64,000 bases of DNA, taken from positions 1 to 64,000 of IMG/VR virus record IMGVR_UViG_3300045988_169015; one strand, 5' to 3'. Origin of the DNA: a virus. Below the pieces are notes generated by a model. It ran no database searches. It had not been told where the DNA came from and saw only the letters and a list, made by a program, of their open reading frames with translations. The position numbers and the translations under genes were made by a program. This document shows positions 53,340-62,990 of the stretch, one piece after another; position 1 is the stretch's first letter, and each line of letters starts with the position of its first letter.

Positions 53340-54815
53340 CTATGCGGCGTGATCGTTATATATCGTACAATATCCTAATTCGGTCCATTTATTAAATCTG
53401 CCATTCCATTCATACAAAACAGTCTGTTTATCTTCGTCATTACGGGTTTTATCAAGAAAGGCTACAAGATACTTCTTATCTTTATCAAGCGTTATCATCT
53501 CTTTGACTTTGGTAAGCTTTCCATTAGCATCACGCTTTAATCGATATGCCTTACAATCATGCTTCTCGCCTGTGTACTCATCGTCCCAAAGCTGACGGAG
53601 ATATATCATTTCGGAATATACCTCTTTGACCTGCTTGCCATTGGAAAGGCATCCCGCATCGAGCCAGCGCTTATTCAAGGTGCTTAGTGCAAGCTGAAAC
53701 GTAGTAACAACAGCTATGTTTTCCTTACTTCCAAGCTGAAAAAGCTGACGGGATTGAATGAGAAGCTGCTCCCATGTTGAGCGATCAAAAGTATCTTCAA
53801 CCTTTAGGGTATCATAAATCGCCGCCTGATAGCCAAGCTTGGCAAGCTTACGAATTATCTTTTTGGTTTTTGCCATATCGGTATCAAAAAGCTTGACAAA
53901 CTTAATATTGGGATATTTCTCAGCTGATATCTGACGAGCAAGTTCAAGCATTTCTTTTTGCGAATCTGTAAAATGTCCCATTTTTATTTTCTTTCTTGTC
54001 AGTTCCCAATAGTCAAGATCTTGAGTAAGAATATGTACAAGTAAAAGCTGTTGAAACGAGTGAATTTTCTGTTCGTTGCTGATTATTGCTACTTTGATCC
54101 CCTGCTCAACAAGAGGAAGAACAATACATTCAAATATAAAACTTGATTTTCCGGCGCCTGAATGGCCGCCAATCATTGTCATTTCACCGAGCGGCAGCCC
54201 CATAGTAAGATAATTCAGGATATGACAAACCTTACCATAGTTCAAACCCATTTCCTCGCCTGCATCGCACTTGTCTATATAAGCCTGATCAATAACAAGA
54301 TCTTCAATTACTGAGTCATGTCCCGTATTTAAGCTGATAGAATTTAGCAGATAGTCATAGTAGTCATAGACTTCCTGATTAGTCATCTTCATAAGCTTTT
54401 TGACATTATCAAGCACATTAAAGCCTTTATCGTGGAGCATCATCAGCGTATTCATTTTGGCAATCTGGTCAAAATAAGCATCGGTGTTTTCCACGTCTAC
54501 AAGACTGCGAAGTTCTTCAACTGTCTTATAGCCGCCAAGCTTTTCAAAATGTTTTTTTACTGTTGGCTTATCTTCAAGAAAAGTATAAACCGAAACATTA
54601 TCAAAAGCCTTAAAGCCCTGTTTATAAAGCTGTTTGCCAAGAGAATAATAGAAAATTCCGTCTTCTGTCTTGATCGTTTCGTCATTATTGTCGTTTAAAG
54701 CACCGTAATCACTATATAAGTCTGACTGTTTCCAAAGGCAGAAGATAAAACTTGCCTCGACTGCATTGCGACCATCGGTTAATTCTTTTGGATACTCACT
54801 TAGTTCTTTGCTCAA
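53340..54815 (-). CDS. dnaB: DnaB-like replicative helicase
   Basis: Walker A GGHSGAGKSS and Walker B-like AIISNEQ. Size and position next to the primase fit. Confidence 0.75.
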   Translation of the reverse strand: MSKELSEYPKELTDGRNAVEASFIFCLWKQSDLYSDYGALNDNNDETIKTEDGIFYYSLGKQLYKQGFKAFDNVSVYTFLEDKPTVKKHFEKLGGYKTVEELRSLVDVENTDAYFDQIAKMNTLMMLHDKGFNVLDNVKKLMKMTNQEVYDYYDYLLNSISLNTGHDSVIEDLVIDQAYIDKCDAGEEMGLNYGKVCHILNYLTMGLPLGEMTMIGGHSGAGKSSFIFECIVLPLVEQGIKVAIISNEQKIHSFQQLLLVHILTQDLDYWELTRKKIKMGHFTDSQKEMLELARQISAEKYPNIKFVKLFDTDMAKTKKIIRKLAKLGYQAAIYDTLKVEDTFDRSTWEQLLIQSRQLFQLGSKENIAVVTTFQLALSTLNKRWLDAGCLSNGKQVKEVYSEMIYLRQLWDDEYTGEKHDCKAYRLKRDANGKLTKVKEMITLDKDKKYLVAFLDKTRNDEDKQTVLYEWNGRFNKWTELGYCTIYNDHAA

Positions 54816-55315
54816 ATATCATCACCGTCCAACCATGACGTTATGTCTCTGACATTTGATGATGCAGGAACCGATTCAGGAATGTCTATAATTTCGGTAT
54901 TATGTTTTTGCTGCTCACACTTCTTATTCCATTGATACGACTTGTTTACATCATTGATATTGTTACTAATAATTGCGAATATGTACGATATCTTACCCGA
55001 TTCGTTTTTAAATTCTTTGTTGTTTGTGTAGCGCAGGATATTATCTTGCATCTTTTCAATAGTCTTGAGGATTACGTCGTAACTATAAAAGCTCAGTTCA
55101 TTTAACTTCTTTTGAATATATGATGGGAACTTTTGCCCTGTTTGATACCCAAGAAAATCATATGCTATCTTTGATACAATGGCGTTGCGGGTATCAATCT
55201 CGTGGCGGTATTGATCATATACCGCCTGAGACTGATAATAAAATCTTCCGATTTTTACGAATGTGTCAGTATTCCCTTCAACGCCTGTTATATGACATTT
55301 ACAAGGTCTACCCAT
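54812..55315 (-). CDS. hypothetical replication-module protein
   Basis: 167-aa ORF that overlaps the helicase start. Confidence 0.5.
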   Translation of the reverse strand: MGRPCKCHITGVEGNTDTFVKIGRFYYQSQAVYDQYRHEIDTRNAIVSKIAYDFLGYQTGQKFPSYIQKKLNELSFYSYDVILKTIEKMQDNILRYTNNKEFKNESGKISYIFAIISNNINDVNKSYQWNKKCEQQKHNTEIIDIPESVPASSNVRDITSWLDGDDI

Positions 55316-55321
55316 AGGACA

Positions 55322-56440
55322 TTAACCAAGCACTGCAAGCACTGCTTCAAGTGATGCAGTGGGAACTTCGGTGTCCTTGAAGTTCTTAAGACCGACTTCA
55401 ATCATCTTAGACTTGATGGCAGACTGAATTTCCTCTGTTGCATCGGTGAAACGAGACTTGATTTCGGCAATGATTTCTTCGTTGCGGTCAAGGTCGATTT
55501 TGTTAGTCTTAGCCGACTTCGAATATTCGGCGGCAGCTATTGCGGCAGCCTTGTCTCTTTCAGACTGTTCCTTCTTGATTTCAGCCTCGGACTTACCAGA
55601 CTTTGATTTCTCAGCAAGAATAGCATCCTGCATTGCTTTGATAAAAGCATCAACATCGAAAGGTATCTTATCGACAATATCAGCAAAACGAGACTTGCTA
55701 TCGACTGAATAATTATTGTCCCTGAAACTAATCACACGATTTTCTGCCATTACTTTATTTGTAGTAATATCTTTGCCCTTAATATCTTTTCTACCTGTTT
55801 TCTCATTGATTATATCTCTGTCGATATATGCAAAACCAACAAAGTGCATCTTATTTTTTATGGCATTAAAATATCTCTGTTGAGCGTCTGCTGTCAATTT
55901 TGAATATGTTGTCTGTGTAATTGGATCGATTATATCCGACCTTTTAACGTGGAATATAATAATGGGGTGTACATTTACACTTTTAAATCTCCAAATATTA
56001 TTAAGAATTAGTTCGGCAGCTTTATCTTGCCCTTTTCCGAAACCATTCCACGCTCCATTTATTGTTTCAGCTTTTTTATCGGAATTTCTCTTATTCCATA
56101 TTCTTACTGCTTTGTCCTCTGCCATGGGGATGAGCTCATCATATGTATCAATAATTATAACCTGAAGATGTGGGTAATCTGTCTCTTTATTTTCAACAAT
56201 ATCATCGATAACCTCTTCAAATTTATCCCAATTTTCAATTTTTTCAGTTACTACTCCCTCAATAGCATCCGCTCCATCTTCCTTACCGATATCAAAGTGC
56301 ATATATCCCTCATCTCCGACAAGTTTTTCGCACATTTGATAGCACAGTGTTGTCTTTCCGATGCCACCTTCACCAAGAAAAGCGATATTGTAGTGAAGTG
56401 GATTGAGATCCACTGAATTTTTCTTACCATACTTACCCAT
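55322..56440 (-). CDS. AAA/RecA-like ATPase (Sak4/AAA_24-like)
   Basis: ATG 56440 with CAGGAGGAA RBS. Walker A GEGGIGKTT and Walker B VIIIDTYDE. Confidence 0.7.
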   Translation of the reverse strand: MGKYGKKNSVDLNPLHYNIAFLGEGGIGKTTLCYQMCEKLVGDEGYMHFDIGKEDGADAIEGVVTEKIENWDKFEEVIDDIVENKETDYPHLQVIIIDTYDELIPMAEDKAVRIWNKRNSDKKAETINGAWNGFGKGQDKAAELILNNIWRFKSVNVHPIIIFHVKRSDIIDPITQTTYSKLTADAQQRYFNAIKNKMHFVGFAYIDRDIINEKTGRKDIKGKDITTNKVMAENRVISFRDNNYSVDSKSRFADIVDKIPFDVDAFIKAMQDAILAEKSKSGKSEAEIKKEQSERDKAAAIAAAEYSKSAKTNKIDLDRNEEIIAEIKSRFTDATEEIQSAIKSKMIEVGLKNFKDTEVPTASLEAVLAVLG

Positions 56441-56534
56441 TATGTAATTCCTCCTGTTTTGTAACAACTTTTGCCACAATCATAGCGACATTTTATGGTG
56501 TCGCTATGATAATTCTCGTGTTTCACTGCCTTAA

Positions 56535-57677
56535 TCAGAACAAGTCAAAAGCCTCGTCGTCCTGTCCGTCAGCTTCGGGAACATCATCATCGACTTTCTT
56601 CGCTGACTTCTTAGGCTCGTCCTCGGTTTCGTCAAGCTTTTCCTCGACGGCATTAGGCACATAAATCTCGTCTTCGAACTCAGACATCTTCATATCAAGT
56701 TCGACCAGTCCATCAGAGAAATCATCGCCCTTGCCGAAGTCTTTCAGTACAGGCTCAAAAACTCTGTACTCGTTTACTTTATCTCCAAGTACACCATTCT
56801 TGGGCTTAAAATCGTCAAGCTCCCTGACACCAAGGTCAACCTGCATTTTCTGAGCGGGAGTAAGCATATCATATGTAAAATCAACAGCTTCAGCGCCCCT
56901 GAGAAGAACCACTTCCCAAGCAAGATGACACATATTCTTATTCTTAATGTCCATATATGACATCTTATAATCAAACAACTGCTTATGCTTTTCGTTTTCC
57001 ATATCATACTTGCTTGCATTGAATACAAGCTGCATGGGAATATACTTACTGCCTTCATCCTTGTTTATGTACTGTTTAATATATCCATCAAGATAGATCT
57101 TCTTTTCATCCTTGAAATCAGTCTTATCAATACTGTCCTTATTATAGTAGAAATCAAACGTCAGTCCGAGTCTGCTCTTTCTATCCTCTTCGACAGCGTA
57201 CAGGTTCTGAAGTCTGAACTTTTCATACCATTTACCCTTCGAATATGTCTTCTGGTAATCGCCCACAGCAAGAATCTTGCCCTTGTATTCAGAAAGCTTC
57301 TCTGCAAGAAATTCAATCATATCAAACTGCGTGAGAAATTCCTGACGGCCATCAAACTCTTCGCCCAGATTAACAATGTACTTTCTGTAATTTGCAACTG
57401 TTGCAACAATATCGGGATCCTTGCGATCGTCCCAATCAATTTCAATATCGTTATTATCAGTGTCTTTTGACTTGATAATGCTTCTGGGGCTATCCGACAC
57501 CTCCATAAATGCCATATTGGTATCGCTTTCCTTGATGCCAAAGTTCAGCGAAGTCAGCTCCATAGAGTTTTTCTTGCCATTTCTCACATACTCAATTGTC
57601 TTTGTTGACAGCAAAGGCTTCTTTGAAGTTTCCTTGGGAATCGATATGTTTCCCACAAAGTTAAATCTATTATTCAT
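56535..57677 (-). CDS. putative ssDNA-binding protein with acidic C-terminal tip
   Basis: ATG 57677 lies 8 nt after AAAGGA. The C-terminus EADGQDDEAFDLF resembles an SSB tail. It sits between the recombinase-like ATPase and the NAD genes. Confidence 0.45.
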   Translation of the reverse strand: MNNRFNFVGNISIPKETSKKPLLSTKTIEYVRNGKKNSMELTSLNFGIKESDTNMAFMEVSDSPRSIIKSKDTDNNDIEIDWDDRKDPDIVATVANYRKYIVNLGEEFDGRQEFLTQFDMIEFLAEKLSEYKGKILAVGDYQKTYSKGKWYEKFRLQNLYAVEEDRKSRLGLTFDFYYNKDSIDKTDFKDEKKIYLDGYIKQYINKDEGSKYIPMQLVFNASKYDMENEKHKQLFDYKMSYMDIKNKNMCHLAWEVVLLRGAEAVDFTYDMLTPAQKMQVDLGVRELDDFKPKNGVLGDKVNEYRVFEPVLKDFGKGDDFSDGLVELDMKMSEFEDEIYVPNAVEEKLDETEDEPKKSAKKVDDDVPEADGQDDEAFDLF

Positions 57678-57969
57678 TCGCATTGTCCTTTCCGAGCAAA
57701 CAGTTTGCTCTTTTCTGTGTTTCTTCTATCGCCTTCTGAATTTCCTGTGGTGAATTCTTGAGCGTTATATCTACAAAGTTCGATATATCTGCAATCAATG
57801 CTGATCTATCATCACCTGTAAATCCGTTGATTTTATCCTTAATGACCTGACAAAAAGCCTGGCTGCCATAAGAAAAGCCAATATTAAACTGCTTCTGCAG
57901 TTGTGTCTTATAAACTGCCTGAAGTTTTGCGATATTGTTATCAACTGTTTCAATCTGATGTGACTTCAT
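57670..57969 (-). CDS. hypothetical protein
   Basis: ATG 57969 with GGCGGAG RBS. About 99 aa. Confidence 0.45.
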   Translation of the reverse strand: MKSHQIETVDNNIAKLQAVYKTQLQKQFNIGFSYGSQAFCQVIKDKINGFTGDDRSALIADISNFVDITLKNSPQEIQKAIEETQKRANCLLGKDNANE

Positions 57970-58756
57970 TGTTCTTCTCCGCCTTTCCGTCAAGATCGGG
58001 TCTGTATCTGAACTTAGGCATAGGCTTCAGCTTATGCAGATTTGCATAATGCTTTCCGTCTATGATCTTCTTGGTGTCTTCGTCACATTCGCCTGTACGG
58101 ATGTACTTATCGAGTGTCTCATATGTAAATCCGAGATTCTCCTCATCAGTCTTACCGCAGAGACCGTCAGTAGGCACCTTATCGATCAGACAGCTGGGAA
58201 GCCCAAGTTCTCTGCCGATTGCCTTAACTTCCTGAACGGTAAAATCGTGGAGAGGGCTGAAATCACCTGCACCATCACCGAACTTGGTTGCGTAGCCGAC
58301 CCAATCTTCACTGAGATTGCAGGTATTGGCTACTCTGCCGCCCCTAAGAGCAGAAACGCAATAAAGGATTGTCATACGAGTTCTGGCAGGGTAATTCGTA
58401 TTCATACACCTGATCTTATTCTCAGGGCATCCAATGGTGTGTATCTGCACAGTTTCATCAACCACTTTGCAAACATCCTCGATGTTAATTTCATACACGT
58501 TCTTATCGGGAATTCCGCATACAGTGCAAGCCGTGTAAGAATATCTGATATCACCCTGCTTACCTCTGGGGAGCAGCACTGCAATTACTCTCTCGGAACC
58601 AAGAGCCTCTGCGCACAGCTTAAGTACCACAGAACTATCCTTGCCGCCCGAAACACCGACGACGGCAGTTGTATTCTCATCGCCGTTCTTGTCAAAGTAC
58701 CAGCGGATCCAGTCAATAATCTTGGAAGTTATCTTCTTTGCATTAAAATCATTCAT
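57950..58756 (-). CDS. nadE: NH3-dependent NAD+ synthetase
   Basis: PP-loop VGVSGGKDSS with NadE-like length and downstream motifs. GAGAGGAA RBS. Confidence 0.8.
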   Translation of the reverse strand: MNDFNAKKITSKIIDWIRWYFDKNGDENTTAVVGVSGGKDSSVVLKLCAEALGSERVIAVLLPRGKQGDIRYSYTACTVCGIPDKNVYEINIEDVCKVVDETVQIHTIGCPENKIRCMNTNYPARTRMTILYCVSALRGGRVANTCNLSEDWVGYATKFGDGAGDFSPLHDFTVQEVKAIGRELGLPSCLIDKVPTDGLCGKTDEENLGFTYETLDKYIRTGECDEDTKKIIDGKHYANLHKLKPMPKFRYRPDLDGKAEKNNEVTSD

Positions 58757-58768
58757 CTTAATTTCCTC

Positions 58769-59020
58769 TCATTCGTCCAAAGTTATAGAATTATTAATTT
58801 TTATTACGATTTCGTCATCACTCATATAGGAAGCCGCTCCAGATTGAAGATTAACAACACAAGAATAGTCACTAACATCAATCGTTGGCAAGTTCACATT
58901 GGGAATAATACGTATATCGGTATTGATATAGTAAGAACCATTCTTCATAAATAAATTTCCGACTGGTATATCTCCTAATGTGACTATTTTATAACTGTTT
59001 CTGATTCCAATTTGTGCCAT
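58769..59020 (-). CDS. hypothetical protein
   Basis: 83 aa with AAGGAG RBS. It lies inside the NAD cluster. Confidence 0.5.
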   Translation of the reverse strand: MAQIGIRNSYKIVTLGDIPVGNLFMKNGSYYINTDIRIIPNVNLPTIDVSDYSCVVNLQSGAASYMSDDEIVIKINNSITLDE

Positions 59021-59024
59021 AATA

Positions 59025-59453
59025 TCACTCCTTTTTTACATATCCCATTTCCACCTGCCAGCAGAGAGTTGCCAGGGCATTACAAGCCTCGAAAAGTCCG
59101 GCCTTGTCGTCAAGAAATAAATTATAATATATTTTCAAACCGTCTCCATATCTGCCGATTTCCGGGATATTCTCGTTAATGGTATCGAATGGAAGGTTCT
59201 CATCATGAAGAAACTGAATATTCTTTTCGTTATGGGGATTGGCTGTAAACACGATGAAATAAGGATTTAAAATTGTTTTCGCTTTACGTATCAAATTCTT
59301 CGCATGGTCACAGCATTCGCTTTTATACGGCCTCACTGTATCGTCAAGGTCATATGCAATAATCAAGCGTTCATGCTCGATATAGGCATCCCTGAGACGC
59401 TTATACAGAAAACCACCTACGAAAGCATCGTCTTCTTTTACTGTTGATGTCAT
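59025..59453 (-). CDS. small HAD-superfamily-like hydrolase
   Basis: DxDxT motif (AYDLDDTV). 142 aa. The ATG overlaps the upstream stop (ATGA). Confidence 0.5.
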   Translation of the reverse strand: MTSTVKEDDAFVGGFLYKRLRDAYIEHERLIIAYDLDDTVRPYKSECCDHAKNLIRKAKTILNPYFIVFTANPHNEKNIQFLHDENLPFDTINENIPEIGRYGDGLKIYYNLFLDDKAGLFEACNALATLCWQVEMGYVKKE

Positions 59454-60919
59454 CAGAAACCTCCTTCATAAAGCATATTACGAACGTCAGCAAGCGTCTG
59501 AGTATTATAGCATTTACCATCCTCGAACACTGTGCGGAACAAGCCATTGACAGGAACTGTCTCAGCTGTAAAGCCGTCCTGATACTTTATCTCGCCGTGC
59601 TCTTTATAGATAAAGCACATACCCTTCTGGGACTTCTTGAATCTCGTATCTGTCTTGGGATTCTTAAAAATCATTATGGGCTTACCATCTACCTCACCAT
59701 AAGTCGCCTTAATAGCTATTGAATATGTATCACGGGTAAAAGGCTTGAGCATATTGTCCTCTTCAACGCACATCATTGAGAAGCTGCCGACACCGAGGAT
59801 TACATTATTGCAGGCAAAACCGTTGTCAATGAGCCTCTGGTATATCTGCTGACAGCGCTGAACGGTGATACTGTCCCCGTAAATCGCCTTAACGTGAGGG
59901 TCGAGTACCTTATAACCCTTGCTGTTGACTGTTCCGCCGAATTCTTCCCAGAGTGCAAACACAGTTTCGGTCACTATCTCAACAGGGTCTCCGCTGTCCC
60001 CTCTTATCAGCATACAGCCGTTGTGAGCCATAATTTCAGGCTTTAGCTGAGGCAAAATATTATTGACTACATTCCAGTAATCATAAGAATCGCATACTAC
60101 ACTGAAACTGTTATTGGGATAAAGCTCAGTCAGCAGCTTACGGAGAAATGTAATCTCGTCGCCGTCAATAGAGAAGTTGCTGGTCATCACTGAATGTTCG
60201 GTAGACACTGCCCCGTATGCTACGGGCTCCTTGGTGCAATCGCAGTGATAATACTTTTCCAGCCAAGGGATTGCGGGCACTGTCGCTGTATTCAGAAACG
60301 AAGTACACCAACCGGCAGAAGAAGCGATTGCGCTTTCAAGACTATGCTGACCTCTGAACGAGAAGTCACCGAGAGCCTTGGCTCTGGGCACGCCATCTTC
60401 AACGCTGATGTCGTAGAACTTATCAACGATCTGACGATACCAATAACCCACATTTGCAGACACCATTGGATGCCAGAGTGAAGCACTCATAAGACTTTCA
60501 AGGAACTGTCCGACCCATACAAAGTCAGGGTGTGTGCTGCTTATTTCCAGCATAGGAACGTGCATGGGGACACGGGTTCCCTCGGGAAGTGCCGATATCT
60601 TAACGGGCAAATAGCCCAGCTCGTGAAGAGCTCTGATTTTTGCGGTATCATATGTACCCTTGCCGAGAGTGCTGCCGAGAACTCTTTCATACTCGGCGCA
60701 GATCTCATCGACAGGCTTATTGAAAAATTCGTTATTGAAATATTCCACAAGATACTTCTCGATGAACGCCTGAAGTCCGAAGAAGACGAGTTTGTCATCG
60801 TGTACTCTGGACATTCTTGGTGTCATATAGGATACGAGCTTAGTGAGCTTGGGACTAAATTGAGCCTGATGGGTCATCTTATAAAAATCGCCCAGAAGCA
60901 TTGGCATTATTTCATTCAT
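59453..60919 (-). CDS. NAMPT-family type II phosphoribosyltransferase (NadV/Namat-like)
   Basis: GDFYKMTH, DFSFRG, IRGDSGDP, IYGDSIT and KKSQKG motifs. 488 aa. Confidence 0.8.
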   Translation of the reverse strand: MNEIMPMLLGDFYKMTHQAQFSPKLTKLVSYMTPRMSRVHDDKLVFFGLQAFIEKYLVEYFNNEFFNKPVDEICAEYERVLGSTLGKGTYDTAKIRALHELGYLPVKISALPEGTRVPMHVPMLEISSTHPDFVWVGQFLESLMSASLWHPMVSANVGYWYRQIVDKFYDISVEDGVPRAKALGDFSFRGQHSLESAIASSAGWCTSFLNTATVPAIPWLEKYYHCDCTKEPVAYGAVSTEHSVMTSNFSIDGDEITFLRKLLTELYPNNSFSVVCDSYDYWNVVNNILPQLKPEIMAHNGCMLIRGDSGDPVEIVTETVFALWEEFGGTVNSKGYKVLDPHVKAIYGDSITVQRCQQIYQRLIDNGFACNNVILGVGSFSMMCVEEDNMLKPFTRDTYSIAIKATYGEVDGKPIMIFKNPKTDTRFKKSQKGMCFIYKEHGEIKYQDGFTAETVPVNGLFRTVFEDGKCYNTQTLADVRNMLYEGGF

Positions 60920-61740
60920 ATGAAATTACCTCTTATTTCTGTTATTTTGTCGTTTTCAATGGGGATTTCCAGTGTATTGACTGTATAGATATGATCAATC
61001 CAGTCTGTCGTGAGCAGTATTCCTTCATACACAGCCTTTTCAAGATGAGTTACAAACAAATCTACCTTAGCTGCACCTGCCGCTTTAAGAGCCTGAGCTG
61101 CAAGAATAAATGTGCCGCCCTTAACACAAAGGTCATCGATTATCAGAATGTTTTTGTCCTTAATATCGGGGGCATTAACCAGCTCATACTTTTCAATCTT
61201 TCCGGTTGAAAGCTCACGCTTCTTGTTACCGTAAAAGTAATTAGTATATGTAAGGTGCTCGCCAAAAGACTTGCAGGCTCCATTATCAGGATAAAATACG
61301 TAATCGGGGGCACTTCGCCTATGTACTTCTTGAATACCGGCATCGTATATAACTTTGACGTTGTTAATAAGCGCCGGAGTTACATTGGAGTGAGGTGTAA
61401 GTATTGTTACCGAATCAAAATTAAGAGAATTGATGATATCGGCAACATATCTGAGGCTGAACGCCATTGAAGACATCTGCCTATCCATTCTTGAATATGG
61501 CATATATGCAATGGTCAGAGTTATAATTGCTTCATCCCAACCGTAATCAACTCTGTTTTCCTTTGACTGTTCATCAAGACACTTCTTGGCCACAATGAGC
61601 TTAAAGATATCAGCGTCCGATTCATATACAAGCTTGATTTCATTTACTGCATCCTTGACATAATAAGTTCCCATATCAAAAATGGTTTCACCATTAGGAA
61701 AACTTTTATCTCCAAAAGGTGCATTATTTATGTAAATCAT
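60916..61740 (-). CDS. ribose-phosphate pyrophosphokinase family protein (Prs/Adps-like)
   Basis: YMPYSRMDR (compare Prs YARQDR) and PRPP-type loop ILIIDDLCVKGGT. It overlaps the NAMPT-like start by 4 nt. Confidence 0.75.
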   Translation of the reverse strand: MIYINNAPFGDKSFPNGETIFDMGTYYVKDAVNEIKLVYESDADIFKLIVAKKCLDEQSKENRVDYGWDEAIITLTIAYMPYSRMDRQMSSMAFSLRYVADIINSLNFDSVTILTPHSNVTPALINNVKVIYDAGIQEVHRRSAPDYVFYPDNGACKSFGEHLTYTNYFYGNKKRELSTGKIEKYELVNAPDIKDKNILIIDDLCVKGGTFILAAQALKAAGAAKVDLFVTHLEKAVYEGILLTTDWIDHIYTVNTLEIPIENDKITEIRGNFI

Positions 61741-61742
61741 AG

Positions 61743-62315
61743 TTATACCTCGCTCTCGTTTATGATATCAATCTGACAGCTCTTCATAACTTCGAGTGCC
61801 GCCTTATGCTTTTCAGGTGTTGATCCGGCACAACAGGAGGCGTCAACAACGATTGGCATATCGGGAAGTGCAGCTCTCACCATGAGGGCATTGGATACAA
61901 CACAGATATCGGTGTCCAGCCCGATAAATTCAATTTCGTCGAACATTTTACCTTCACGAATAAGTAAACTCATAAGCTGGGTACTGCCAAATGTGTTCTT
62001 AAGAACGATGTTCCCTTCTCTGACTTCGGGCTCCAATATTGCATATGTATTGGAGTGATACCATGCGTCAGCGACATCATCATTTATCATCCAGCCGAAA
62101 GAACGAGCGAGACAGTGCTGAACAGGAAGTTTTCTCCCCTCAAGAGTTTCAGCATAATCGTTATAATGAGTATCTTTTGTGAATAAAATTGCCGTGTTTT
62201 TATCAGCAGATTTGATTTTTTCAACTACATTAGGAACGATTGCCTGTGCTGCATCAGAACCGAGAGACCCATCGATAAAGTCATTCTGCATATCAACCAC
62301 TACGAGAAGTTTCAT
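61743..62315 (-). CDS. pncA: nicotinamidase (isochorismatase/cysteine hydrolase family)
   Basis: VVVDMQNDF (Asp), FTKDTH (Lys), LPVQHC and GLDTDICV (Cys). Confidence 0.7.
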   Translation of the reverse strand: MKLLVVVDMQNDFIDGSLGSDAAQAIVPNVVEKIKSADKNTAILFTKDTHYNDYAETLEGRKLPVQHCLARSFGWMINDDVADAWYHSNTYAILEPEVREGNIVLKNTFGSTQLMSLLIREGKMFDEIEFIGLDTDICVVSNALMVRAALPDMPIVVDASCCAGSTPEKHKAALEVMKSCQIDIINESEV

Positions 62316-62620
62316 TCGGCCGCCTCCTCAGTCTTTTCAATCTTGCGCTTACCCTTACTCTCATAATCCTTACAAGAAGAGGGCTTTAACACGTTGATAA
62401 AATTGCCCTTTGAAGTTGTTTCGGTATATGTAATTGGCATCATGGCAGAACGAACAAAATTGCCTTCCTCAGTCTTCTTCGTACATTTGTAACCTCTGAA
62501 CTGAAAATATCTACAAGTATTGCACTTACCGGAAGCATTCATTTCCTTAAGATTTTCGTCATTCAGCTTTGCGCCATCGGAGCCTTTGGCATAATTCGAA
62601 GCATTATAATTATTTGTCAT
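62312..62620 (-). CDS. hypothetical Cys-containing protein
   Basis: 102 aa with AAAGGATA leader. CNTC..C motif. First gene downstream of the IS. Confidence 0.5.
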   Translation of the reverse strand: MTNNYNASNYAKGSDGAKLNDENLKEMNASGKCNTCRYFQFRGYKCTKKTEEGNFVRSAMMPITYTETTSKGNFINVLKPSSCKDYESKGKRKIEKTEEAAE

Positions 62621-62649
62621 TTGCAGTTATCCTTTCTAATATGTTTTGG

Positions 62650-62990
62650 GGTCAATTTTAGCCGCACAGCCAAAAGAATTAAGCAGCTGTACGGCAAATA
62701 CTGTAAAAGATTACCTTGATGGATTTCACAACCATCTCTCCTTATGATTTGATTTGTATATGTAAATCGCCACTATGGGTGAACGATGAACTCTGGGCAC
62801 AGTTGACTTCATCACAATCTCCAACCCAATCAAACAGAATTGAATACTGCTTGTGAACTACCGACCGTCTAAAGCCAGTCGGCTTCTTGCTTCATCGTCC
62901 TCGTAACCTACTAACTTCACAAGCGTAAATTCCGATAGTTCCTACCGTACTACATTATTATTTAGGCTGATTTAATCAGCCTTAATCCTT
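62650..62990 (-). ncRNA. probable TnpB guide RNA (omega/reRNA) scaffold and IS right end
   Basis: About 300 nt of non-coding sequence directly 3' of tnpB, with several stems: AGGCTGAT/ATCAGCCT at the stop, GAAGCCGACTGGCTTTAGACGGTCGGTAGTTCAC, and a 10-bp imperfect hairpin at 62661-62695. The boundaries are not determined. Confidence 0.45.

Noticed and set aside
58034-58954. 306-aa plus-strand ORF across the nadE region
   Set aside because: The minus-strand frame encodes a clear NadE with the SGGxDS PP-loop and a proper RBS. The plus-strand translation has no motifs and would run against the operon.
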